Positions 53,601 to 64,000 of a stretch of DNA of 64,000 nucleotides are shown piece by piece. Where the stretch lies: NCBI GenBank assembly GCA_002269645.1, contig NIVC01000132.1, forward strand, positions 1 to 64,000. The letters are read 5' to 3'. Below the pieces are notes generated by a model that was not told the origin of the DNA, did no database searches, and saw nothing but the letters and a program-made list of their open reading frames with translations. The stretch comes from Macrostomum lignano. Lineage: Eukaryota. A program made the position numbers and the translations under genes. Numbering within the stretch: the first letter of the stretch is position 1; the number at the start of each line of letters is the position of its first letter.

Positions 53601-56600
53601 CCGTCGCGCGGACTTTCCTAGCATCCTGGATTGCCCGCTTCGGACCACCGCTTACATTGATTAGCGACCAAGGGATGCAGTTCCGAGCCGAGCTCATGCA
53701 AAACCTGACGCAGCACCTGGGGATTCACCATATCCGAACTTCTTCATACAATCCGCGAGCCAACGGCATCGTCGAACGCGCTCATAGAACGTTGAAGACG
53801 GGCCTAAAAGCACGCGGAAAATACTGGTTGAGCCAACTGCCTCTCGTTCTTCTTGGAATGCGTATCTTTGCGGACGAAACCGGATCATCACCTTTCTCAC
53901 TTGTTACTGGAGCAACCCATGGTTCCGCAAGTAGTGGCCGACACTTCGACTCTGACAGAGCTATCGACCAAGCTCCACCAAATGTTTTTCCCCTACCGCC
54001 TACCGCGAACTCGTCCGGTCCCCACCCATATGCCGACCGCGCTGGACTCCTGCACACACGTGTGGCTACGGTTAGATCGCGTGAGGCGTCCGCTTGAAGC
54101 ACCTTATCAAGGCCCGTTCGCTGTTCTTAGCAGACATGAAACAACAATGACGCTAGAGATCAACGGCCGGCCCACCACAGTGTCAATCGACCGACTTAAA
54201 CCAGCTACGCTACCGCCGCCGCCACCGGAGACCCTTCCAGAGCCTACTGCTCCGCCTAATGATTCACCAGCCGCTAATACTCGTTCAAGAAGTTCTCGCC
54301 ATGTTCGATTTGCCTCTCAGCCGTCGATAAAATACTTTACACCTTGATTCTACACTTCTTGACTTGACTTGATTCTACACTCCTTGATTACACTTGACAA
54401 TTTGATTCTAGAGAAGTAGCGCCATGAATCTGTTACCCCAAATTTCCCTCCTGTTAATTCGTTGTTTTAATCCTAGAAGTACTCCGTTATGGGGAAGGGG
54501 GAGTATCTTGTAGCAGCACCAAAGCATTCATCATTTATTCTAATTATTTCTTATTCTATATTCCAATCGCTTTAGTTCACCCATAGACACTTCTGTACTA
54601 TTCGTTCGCCCCAGCGCTAAATAGCCCCCAACGCAATGACAAAATATACTAAATACCTCCCGCTTTTGCTAGCTATCTTCGAAGTGCCACTTACACTCGT
54701 AAGCTTGTAGCGGTAACCTAACGTTTAACGGTATTTACCTGCCTACTGTCTGGTATTTACCTGCCTACTGTCTGGTATTTACCTGCCTACTGTCTGGTAT
54801 TACCTGCCTACTGTCTGGTATTTACCTGCCTACTGTCTGGTATTTACCTGGCTACTGTCTGGTATTTACCTGCTTACTGTTACACCTTATTTACCTGGCT
54901 GCTATTTGGTATTTACATGGGAGGGAAGTTATTCATTTATTACAGTGAACTGTAATTACAATGTTGGTAGAAACGAACTCCCTGCGAAAACAATTAGCCA
55001 GTTTACGACGTAATTAGTTTTTTCAGCTAAAGACGTGATAATTAAATCTGTGCATTGGCTAATGGCAGAAAACCGGAAAACATTAAGCAATTTTAACTGC
55101 AATTTTGATCTTTTTTTCATTCATCGTCTGCAGTAGCTCTTTGTATCATACCAATTCATTTTCCAACTGTCATTCTTTAATAATTACTTTAATTACCGCT
55201 ATCTTTGCTGGATCCTTTGTACTCGCTAGTTTTTGTTCAAAATTTAAAGTAATTAAAAAGTAACAAAATAAAATTTCTTGGTTTGAAGCCAAGCATCTTC
55301 TACATAGGAAAGTCTGTGAGCTGCTCTAGAAACAGCAGGACACCCCACAGCTACCCATGCAGACACCCCATGAGGACACCTAACAGCTACCCATGCAGAC
55401 ACCCCATGAGGACACCTAACAGCTACCCATGCAGACACCCCATGAGGACACCTAACAGCTACCCATGCAGACACCCCATGAGGACACCTAACAGCTACCC
55501 ATGCAGACACCCCATGAGGACACCCCACAGCTACCCATGCAGACACCCCATGAGGACACCTAACAGCTACCCATGCAGACACCCCATGAGGACACCCCAC
55601 AGCTACCCATCCAGACACCCCAGCAGGAGACCCCAGAGCCATGTTCAGCCCCAGCAGGACACCCCAGAGCCATGTTCAGCCCCAGCATGACACCCCAGAG
55701 CCATGTTCAGCCCCAGCAGGACACCCCAGAGCCATGTTCAGCCCCAGCAGGACACCCCAGAGCCATGTTCAGCCCCAGCAGGACACCCCAGAGCCATGTT
55801 CAGCCCCAGCAGGACACCCCAGAGCCATGTTCAGCTCCCACACCAAACCCCCTCCAGACCGGCCGACTCTGCAGCAGTGCCGATTCGAAGGCTCCGGTGT
55901 GCTGCACGCGGCCAAGTACCTGGGCTCGGCAGTGCTGGCGGACGGCCAGAGTCAGCTGCTGTGCCAGGAGGCCATGTGGTCGGTGCTGGCCAGTCTGAAG
56001 GGCCGCAAATTGCCAAAGGAGCGGCTGGAGATTCGCCTGTCCCTGGCCGACGGTGTCCAGATCCGCGAGGTGGCGGCTCCCGACGGCGCCGGCGGCGTCA
56101 GCAAGCTGGACTTGAAGTTCGGCCACAGCGAGATCTCATACGTGTTCAAGGAGCCGAGGGACCAGCGCAGCTGCGGCCTGGTTCGCACGGAGCCCAACCC
56201 GGACAGTCCCGGCCAGACCATCCACAGGTTCTACGCTGTTCGGACAGTCAAGTCGGTGAGTGCGGCGCATCTTGGATTTTTTGTTTTTTGTGTTGGACTA
56301 AAAGACGCGTTCCAGTGACTCAGTGGTTACTCCAAGTCACAACTGGCTGTTCCCGTGACTCAGTGGTTACTCCAAGTCACAACTGGCTGTTCCCGTGACT
56401 CTGCGGTCACTACAAGTCACAACTGGCTGTTCCCATGACTCTGCGGTCATTCGAAGTCACAACTGGCTGTTCCCGTGACTCTGCGGTCACTCCAAGTCAC
56501 AACTGGCCGTTCCCGTGACTCTGCGGTCACTCCAAGTCACAACTGGCTGTTCCCGTGACTTGACTCTGCGGTTAGTCCAAGTCATAACTGACTGTTCCCA

Positions 56601-58808
56601 TGACTCTGCGGTCACTCCAAGTCACAACTGGCTGTTCCCGTGACTCTGTGGTCACTCCAAGTCACAACTGACTGTTCCCGTGACTCTGTGGTCACTCCAA
56701 GTCATAACTGGCTGTTCCCATGACTCTGCGGTCACTCCAAGTCATAACTGGCTGTTCCCATGACTCTGCGGTCACTCCAAGTCACTGGGTGACTCCGCGG
56801 TCACTCTTAATGAACGCTAGCTGATCCAGTGACTACTCACTGCGAGACCGAACTGCAGTGACTCATTTACTGTCAACAAGGACTCCGAAAGTGCACTTTC
56901 CTAATGAAATTAGTGCTTATAATTTTCAGCTTTACGCTACTCTTAGTAGCATCAATCGAGATGCCATTACTTTCTTTGCTCTGTGCCATGAAAATCCTAC
57001 TGCTAGCCAGCTTGAAGCAATATAAAAAATCCATGGTGAAAAAGGTAAAGAATCTCTCGTGTTTGTCAGTTAAAAACCCAACGGGATGTTTACCCCTGTC
57101 CCATCAGGTCCCAGCGTCAAAGTTATGCTGTCTTTGCACTGAAGCAAGCGGATAGTGAAAGCTTTCAGGGCACTGGGCATAACAGGAAAGACTTGGCATC
57201 ATTTGAAAGGCAATATTTGCTGTCTGTTGCGCTGAGCAAAGTGTGCTCAGTGTGAGCAGATGCGATCGCGTTCCATCCCAATCCTTTGGCTTTCCATTTA
57301 AACTACACCAACTTCCTCCACCTGTTGCTTGGTCAGGCAAGTTGAGCTCAGGTTCGGTTTGAGTTCGCAATGCAGGATTCTATTTATTGAATTTCGTTGA
57401 GGCAAGCCAAGCAACGCCTGGCGGAACTGCAGGTCCAGAAAATTTTCTGACTAAGCGAATCTGGCCGCACCGAATCAATATTTGACCTGACAGGTTGGGG
57501 AGGCGGCAGAAGAGATAAACCAGCTGAGCTGTTTACCCACCCCCTCAGCTGCAACGCTTCCTATCCTGCCGAATGACACCTGTGTGGATAGAACAGATAG
57601 AACGGATAGAACGCTGTGTGGATGGAACAGGTGGAACAGATAGAACGCTGTGTGGATGGAACAGGTGGAACAGATAGAACGCTGTGTGGATAGAACAGGT
57701 GTAATAGATAGAACACTGTGTGGATAGAACACGAATAGAATAAAGATAGAACACAGATAAAACAAAGACAGAACACAGATAGAATACAGAAAGAACACAG
57801 AAAGAACACAGATAGAACACAGATATAACACAGATAGAACACAGATAGAACACAGATATAGAACACAGATAGAACACAGATAGAACACAGATATAGAACA
57901 CAGATAGAACACAGATGGAACACAGATATAGAACACAGATAGAATACAGATAGAACACAGATAGAATACAGATAGAACACAGATAGAACACAGATAGAAC
58001 ACAGATAGAACACAGATAGAACACAGATAGAACACAGATAGAACACAGATAGAACACAGATATAGAACACAGATAAAACACAGATAGAACACAGATAGAA
58101 CATAGATAGAACACAGATAGAACAAAGATAGAACACAGATAGAACACAGATAGAACACAGATAGAACACAGATAGAACACAGATAGAACACAGATAGAAC
58201 ACAGATAGAACACAGATATAGAACACAGATAAAACACAGATAGAACACAGATAGAACACAGATAGAACACAGATAGAACACAGATAGAACACAGATAGAA
58301 CACAGATAGAACACAGATAGAACACAGATAGAACACAGATAGAACACAGATAGAACACAGATAGAACACAGATAGAACACAGATAGAACACAGATAGAAC
58401 ACAGATAGAGAACAGATCGAACACAGATAGAACACAGATAGAACTCAGATAAAACTCAGATAAAACGAATTGAGAACACAGTACAGATTTAAAATCCGTC
58501 AGTCAGACTGCTTCTAAACTGCGATATTTTATTAGCCAGAACAGGATGTTTGAGACTGTCTGCAGTAATTAGTTGCCGCGTGATTTGTTCTCCACAGCAA
58601 CTCATTTCTGGTTTGTGTCTCTCATGTTCGCTGGGAACTTCTTACTGTTCAGCCTTGGTTTGTTTCTTCCCCCTAAACTAATTATGCTGTGACAGTTGAC
58701 AGCTGACTGTCTCTGGAAACTTAATTTTAGGCCAGCCCGCTGATGAAGGACTTGCGCGATCTGTTCCAGCTGGTGAAGCAGAGACGAGACGAGCAGAGGG
58801 CTGAGGTA

Positions 58809-58903
<95 letters not shown>

Positions 58904-59706
58904 TTCCAACCCTTTTCCAGACGCCGGTCCCAACTGCACCGTCCCAGCCGGCCAGAGCAGAAGTGGCGGCCGAGACCCAAAGCCAGGAACAGCAGTCGGC
59001 GGCAGCGTCGCTAAAGTCGGAGCAGTCGGCGGCGCCGTCTTCGCCGGACCTGCTGGACATTCGGCAGCAGCCGATACGACAGTCGGCCGTCTCCTCGTCC
59101 CTGGGCTCGCTGGACGAGTTGAGCGAACTTTTCAGCTCGCAGGCGTCGCTTGCCAGCAGCGGCGTCGGCGGTGACGGCGGCATCTGCGGTGGCGTCGTGT
59201 CGTTCGACCCGTGGGCTTCGCAGCTGCTGCCGCCGCCGCCAGTGCAGATGGCCCGCCAGCTGAGCCAGCCCCACCCAGCGCCAGCCGTCCAGCTGCCAGG
59301 CGAGCCGCTTTTCCGCAAGGCCAGCCATCCGAGCGTGCTCGAACAGCGTCGCCTAAGTAACAGTGTCTATGGCAACAACGGCTACCAAGGCAACAGCAAG
59401 AGGCCGAGCGATCCGGGCGCTCAGTTGGCCTTCTTGCCACCGGATTATTACCAACGGCTGCAGCAGGCGGAGTACTTTTATCACCTCCAGCAGCAGCAGC
59501 AAGCCTTGGCCCCTGGCCAGTACCACCCGCTGAACCTGTACCAGCAGCAGCAGCAGCAGCTCCTGTACCAGCCAGCTCAGGCAGCTCCGGCCTGGCCCGA
59601 GCAGCCCCTGCTGCCACCAACCAGGGGCACCCAGCTGATCGAAGGTGAATTCGTCAGCGTGTTCGATAGGCCGCCGGAGCTCGAACAGCAGAAGCAGAAG
59701 CAGTGA
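47700..59706 (+). CDS. dab: Disabled (Dab)-like PTB-domain adaptor, 428 aa, 4 exons
   Basis: Exons 47700-47727, 55858-56255, 58731-58805 and 58921-59706 (1287 nt, in frame). RFEGSGVLHAAKYLG..LCQEAM..ISYV..HRFYAVRT..DLRDLFQL matches the Dab PTB pattern RFKG.GV.YKAKLIG..ISYI..HRF.AIKT..DLRDLFQL; P/Q/S-rich tail with FDPW. Confidence 0.85.
47743..48135 (+). repeat. 22-bp minisatellite, left part (split by the LTR element)
   Basis: Unit TGGTATTTACCTGCTTACTGTC; resumes at 54730. Confidence 0.92.
48172..50168. mobile_element. 1997-bp TG...CA element (probable solo LTR of another family) nested in the 5' LTR
   Basis: Termini TGATGGG..CCTCATCA; 4-bp TSD TAAT at 48168-48171 and 50169-50172; absent from the 3' LTR; no long ORF. 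Confidence 0.75.
50403..51251 (+). CDS. gag: Retrotransposon Gag, 282 aa
   Basis: RPPPFYRQAPEIWFRQLESQF..TKF; CHCC finger C-x2-H-x9-C-x3-C (CNGHLFYASQARTCRPWC), as described for the CsRn1 clade. Confidence 0.9.
   Translation: MEDTQRQQPPSDTPPAAASSENAIPEPVASVQRATIRPPPFYRQAPEIWFRQLESQFTLAGISSASTKFHHALAALPEDVACYIDIDIVEYNRLKTAVLDSLRANRHQRIEEALAAVELGDKRHSQLVTDIKRRFIEVGLAADESIIKSRLLTALPTHIRSALVGHENSPLEDFAKIADSMLAVAGSRTPFLPIQRTSEARDSRPHGAFKPRQAYEGDHRQQRSYRKRPKICNGHLFYASQARTCRPWCKWPGPKPTTMLSSRQTTPDHSRANSPTLESASN
51134..54347 (+). CDS. pol: Retrotransposon Pol (PR-RT-RNase H-IN), -1 frame relative to gag, frameshifted at ~53910
   Basis: FIVDTGA protease; WASPLHMVRKKDGSWRPCGDYRALN; YIDDIL; TTDASS..ELLA; HPG..CERC; HIDLVGP..SDQG..NGIVER. 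The GPY/F module (LEAPYQGPF) lies in the shifted frame 53853-54347. Confidence 0.92.
54730..54920 (+). repeat. 22-bp minisatellite, right part
   Basis: Same unit as 47743-48135. Confidence 0.9.
55315..55840 (+). repeat. 36-bp array followed by a 31-bp array abutting the Dab exon 2 acceptor
   Basis: Units CAGCTACCCATGCAGACACCCCATGAGGACACCTAA and AGGACACCCCAGAGCCATGTTCAGCCCCAGC. Confidence 0.92.
56310..56810 (+). repeat. 40-bp minisatellite (~12 copies)
   Basis: Unit GTGACTCTGCGGTCACTCCAAGTCACAACTGGCTGTTCCC. Confidence 0.92.
57580..58465 (+). repeat. 11-bp minisatellite
   Basis: Unit GATAGAACACA. Confidence 0.93.
58809..58902 (+). repeat. (GACA)n filling Dab intron 3
   Basis: The intron spans 58806-58920. 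Confidence 0.93.
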
Positions 59707-59809
59707 ATTTATTAATTGGAGTAGTCATGCAGCCAGAGTTTCAACACGAGATATCCTGGCGCCTGCATTCGGCTCAGCTGCGCGCGGTTGAAACTTGCTA
59801 CTGTGAAAT

Positions 59810-60290
59810 ATTACCTTGTTGCTATGCAATCAAATCTGTTACTAAGCAATGAAACCTTGTTGCTATGCAATCAAATCCCGTTACTATGCAACCAGCTCCA
59901 ATTATTAGGCAACCAAACCTTGTTGCTATGCCATCAACCCCTGTTACTAGGCAACCAAACCTTGTTGCTATGCCATCAACCCCTGTTACTAGGCAACCAA
60001 ACCTTGTTGCTATGCCATCAACCCCTGTTACTAGGCAACCAAACCTTGTTGCTATGCCATCAACCCCTGTTACTAGGCAACCAAACCTTGTTGCTATGCT
60101 ACCAAACCCTGTTACTAGGCAACCAAACATTGTTGCTGTGCCACCAAACAGTGTTACTAGGTAACCAAACTTTGTTGCTATGCCATCAAACCTTGTTACT
60201 AGGCAACCATATCTTGTTGCTATGCTATCAAATCCTGTTACTAGGCAACCATACCTTGTTGCTATGCCATCAAACCCTGTTACTAGGCAA
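59810..60290 (+). repeat. 42-bp minisatellite (21-bp dimer) downstream of the Dab stop
   Basis: Unit AACCAAACCTTGTTGCTATGCCATCAACCCCTGTTACTAGGC. Confidence 0.9.
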
Positions 60291-61099
60291 TCAGAGCCGC
60301 GTTGTTAATCACGAAGAATTCTACATGTATCAGTAGGCATGCTAATAATTTTATTCCACTCAACCCAGTTATAATCAATCAAATACAGCCACATTTCCAA
60401 AATGCGAGTAACAGTTTCCCATGTTGCTATGGGCTAAAATTATACAATAATCCATCACTAATTAATCCGTCATCAACCGCCTGCTAAGCACTATTGGTAC
60501 AAATAAATATCGACTAATGCGATTCTAAACCTGTCATTAGACGGCATATACCTTTCTACGAGTATACGGCTTTCACATGGACAGCCGAAGCAGAAGGCCG
60601 CGCTGCCCAGTCTTTGCTGCCTGCAATAAAACCGAGCTCAGAACCGCGTGCAACTCTGCAAGCTGGAAAATCAATGCTGAGAAATATCACGATCGGGCAA
60701 ATACAAGCCGGAGTTGAATGATAGTCAGAGGGCCTGGCGTGTCTCAAACTTGAGTCTGCTAATCATTGCAGTCTGCCCAAATTGCAGTGGACTCACCTGG
60801 CCGTCTATAGGGGCCTAGATTGGGGAAAATCTTCCCTAAAACCCCTCAGAACGCGGCAGGTAATGCATTGCCATTAATGGCACAATTTGACTGAGTGGCC
60901 TCCGTTCCTCCTCAGCGATTTCCAAAAGCGTGCGTCGGAGTTTTATAGGCCTTTGCTTATCTGCAATGCGATTAAGGATTAACAGTCCCACAGAGAAACA
61001 GAGGGTGACGGAGGATTTCACAAGACCTGGATTATGAAAGTGACGGCTTAGCACTTGTTGCCCATGTGAAAGTTAGGTATTGTGAAAGTGGCATCTCTA

Positions 61100-61705
61100 G
61101 CTCCCCATCTTTCTGCCTCTCTCCCATCTCTCTGCCTCTCTCCCATCTCTCTGCCTCTCTCCCATCTCTCTGCCTCTCTCCCATCTCTCTGCCTCTCTCC
61201 CATCTCTCTGCCTCTCTCCCATCTCTCTGCCTCTCTCCCATCTCTCTGCCTCTCTCCCATCTCTCTGCCTCTCTCCCATCTCTGCCTCTCTCCCATCTCT
61301 CTGCCTCTCTCCCATCTCTGCCTCTCTCCCATCTCTCTGCCTCTCTCCCATCTCTCTGCCTCTCTCCCATCTCTGCCTCTCTCCCATCTCTCTGCCTCTC
61401 TCCCATCTCTGCCTCTCTCCCATCTCTCTGCCTCTCTCCCATCTCTGCCTCTCTCCCATCTCTCTGCCTCTCTCCCATCTCTCTGCCTCTCTCCCATCTC
61501 TCTGCCTCTCTCCCATCTCTCTGCCTCTCTCCCATCTCTCTGCCTCTCTCCCATCTCTCTGCCTCTCTCCCATCTCTCTGCCTCTCTCCCATCTCTCTGC
61601 CTCTCTCCCCATCTCTCTGCCTCTCTCCCCATCTCTCTGCCTCTCTCTCATCTCTCTGCCTCTCTCTCATCTCTCTGCCTCTCTCCCATCTCTCTGCCTC
61701 TCTCT
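61100..61705 (+). repeat. 17-19-bp CT-rich minisatellite
   Basis: Unit TCTCTCTGCCTCTCTCCCA. Confidence 0.93.
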
Positions 61706-62295
61706 GTGTCAAAGTCTCGCCCTCATATTTCTTCCTTTCCTTTCCTCAAATGTGTCATTTCTCATTAAGTTTTAATTATGAACTAATTTTAAACTGATCT
61801 ATTGTATTCTAGTCCATACAAAATATTATTGTACTCCCTGACTAGAAGTCCTTGGGCGGCTTACGCCCTCCGCCCCCACCCCGCAACTCGATATCAGCCA
61901 GTGTATGCAGCATTAGATCAGCGTGGGACGGCGGTGTTCCCAACAACTAATCCCTGACATAGGTGCACCCACTGGTTGCTTGGCGCTCAGAAGATAGGGC
62001 GAGGCAATAATGAATGCACAGTTCCTATGGTATATCTTCTTCCAATCTCTCAATTAAACCCAGCAGTAAAATTGCCTAACCCTCGCTCTCATGCTCGCCG
62101 CCGAATCCCATAAAAACTGGCAATCCCCCCGGGAGGCCTTGGCAACAGCAAACACAGCTGTATTGTTTTGGAGTGGCTCCGCTGTTTGCGATTATCATAG
62201 CAAAGCTGTGCTATGGACTCGTTCTGGCGTACGTGAAAGGGTATTCAAAATTTAATGTTTACATAACCCAGTACTTCTTTTAACTGCTTTAGTCT

Positions 62296-63928
62296 CCAAC
62301 TGACTGCGGCAGATTCTCCCCAACTGACTGCGGCAGATTCTCCCCAACTGACTGCGGCAGATTCTCCTCAACTGACTGCGGCAGATTCTCCCCAACTGAC
62401 TGCGGCAAATTCTCCTCAACTGACTGCGGCAGATTCTCCCCAACTGACTGCGGCAGATTCTCCTCAACTGACTGCGGCAGATTCTCCCCAACTGACTGCG
62501 GCAGATTCTCCCCAACTGACTGCGGCAGATTCTCCCCAACTGACTGCGGCAAATAGCAGATTCTCCCCAACTGACTGCGGCAGATTCTCCCCAACTGACT
62601 GCGGCAGATTCTCCCCAACTGACTGCTGCAGATTCTCCCCAACTGACTGCAGCAGATTCTCCCCAGCTAACTGCGGAAGATTCTCCCCAACTGACTGCGG
62701 AAGATTCTCCCCAACTGACTGCGGCAAATAGCAGATTCTCCCCAACTAACTGCGGAAGATTCTCCCCAACTGACTGCGGCAGATTCTCCCCAACTGACTG
62801 CAGCAGATTCTCCCCAACTAACTGCGGCAGATTCTCCCCAACTGACTGCAGCAGATTCTCCCCAACTAACTGCGGAAGATTCTCCCCAACTGACTGCGGC
62901 AGATTCTCCCCAACTGACTGCGGCAGATTCTCCCCAACTGACTGCGGCAGATTCTCCCCAACTGACTGCGGCAGATTCTCCCCAACTGACTGCAGCAGAT
63001 TCTCCCCAGCTAACTGCGGAAGATTCTCCCCAACTGACTGCGGAAGATTCTCCCCAACTGACTGCGGCAGATTCTCCCCAACTGACTGCGGCAAATAGCA
63101 GATTCTCCCCAACTGACTGCGGCAGATTCTCCCCAACTGACTGCGGCAGATTCTCCCCAACTGACTGCGGCAGATTCTCCCCAACTGACTGCAGCAGATT
63201 CTCCCCAGCTAACTGCGGAAGATTCTCCCCAACTGACTGCGGAAGATTCTCCCCAACTGACTGCGGCAAATAGCAGATTCTCCCCAACTGACTGCGGCAG
63301 ATTCTCCCCAACTGACTGCGGCAGATTCTCCCCAACTGACTGCGGCAGATTCTCCCCAACTGACTGCGGCAGATTCTCCCCAACTGACTGCGGCAAATAG
63401 CAGATTCTCCCCAACTGACTGCGGCAGATTCTCCCCAACTGACTGCGGCAGATTCTCCCCAACTGACTGCGGCAGATTCTCCCCAACTGACTGCGGCAGA
63501 TTCTCCCCAACTGACTGCAGCAGATTCTCCCCAACTGACTGCAGCAGATTCTCCCCAACTGACTGCGGCAGATTCTCCCCAACTGACTGCGGCAGATTCT
63601 CCCCAACTGACTGCAGCAGATTCTCCCCAACTATCTGCAGCAGATTCTCCCCAACTGACTGCAGCAGATTCTCCCCAACTGACTGCAGCAGATTCTCCCC
63701 AACTAACTGCGGCAGATTCTCCCCAACTAACTGCGGCAGATTCTCCCCAACTGACTGCGGCAGATTCTCCCCAACTGACTGCGGCAGATTCTCCCCAACT
63801 GACTGCGGCAAATAGCAGATTCTCCCCAACTGACTGCGGCAGATTCTCCCCAACTGACTGCGGCAGATTCTCCCCAACTGACTGCGGCAGATTCTCCCCA
63901 ACTAACTGCGGAAGATTCTCCCCAACTG
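62296..63928 (+). repeat. 24-bp minisatellite (~65 copies) with recurring 32-bp variants
   Basis: Unit ACTGACTGCGGCAGATTCTCCCCA; the variant carries an AAATAGCA-type insert. Confidence 0.95.
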
Positions 63929-64000
63929 GTGCCTTTCACGTGACATCCACAACAGCGGAGACCCAGGAACCTGAGGCCAGGTTAATAAGCTTTCACTGGC

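Larger units (their letters stand above)
48136..54723 (+). mobile_element. Ty3/gypsy LTR retrotransposon, CsRn1/Boudicca-like clade, in Dab intron 1
   Basis: 220-bp LTRs: 5' = 48136-48171 + 50173-50356 (TGTAGC..GCTACA); 3' = 54509-54723. They are identical apart from 2 mismatches and the 3' terminus. PBS TGGTAGCAGAGC at 50360 (initiator tRNA-Met type); PPT GGGGAAGGGGGAG at 54491-54503. Confidence 0.93.

Overview
This is eukaryotic (animal) genomic DNA, not prokaryotic; I found no CRISPR array, rRNA or true tRNA gene. GC-rich exons, introns almost all filled with private mini/microsatellites, and acceptor sites just upstream of ATGs most resemble the free-living flatworm Macrostomum (inference from style only). 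Five spliced genes were reconstructed by hand. (1) Minus strand 10913->391: a type I receptor with a signal peptide, an F-type-lectin-like domain, four Ig-like domains, a TM segment and a tail ending in ITIM + ITSM. It has several frame breaks and is the most novel item. (2) SF3A3/Prp9, 22796-28429. (3, 4) Two rhodopsin-class peptide-receptor-like GPCRs, 33267-39563 and 42483-44550. (5) A Disabled (Dab)-like PTB adaptor, 47700-59706, whose first intron holds a young CsRn1-clade Ty3/gypsy element with a 2-kb element nested in its 5' LTR. Other mobile DNA: a 5.2-kb foldback-like element carrying LINE fragments, two hAT-type MITEs, two CORE-type SINEs and a Penelope-like remnant. About 25 tandem arrays account for most long ORFs in the supplied track. 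Exon boundaries come from manual GT/AG and frame checks, and protein identities from motif recognition, not database searches.
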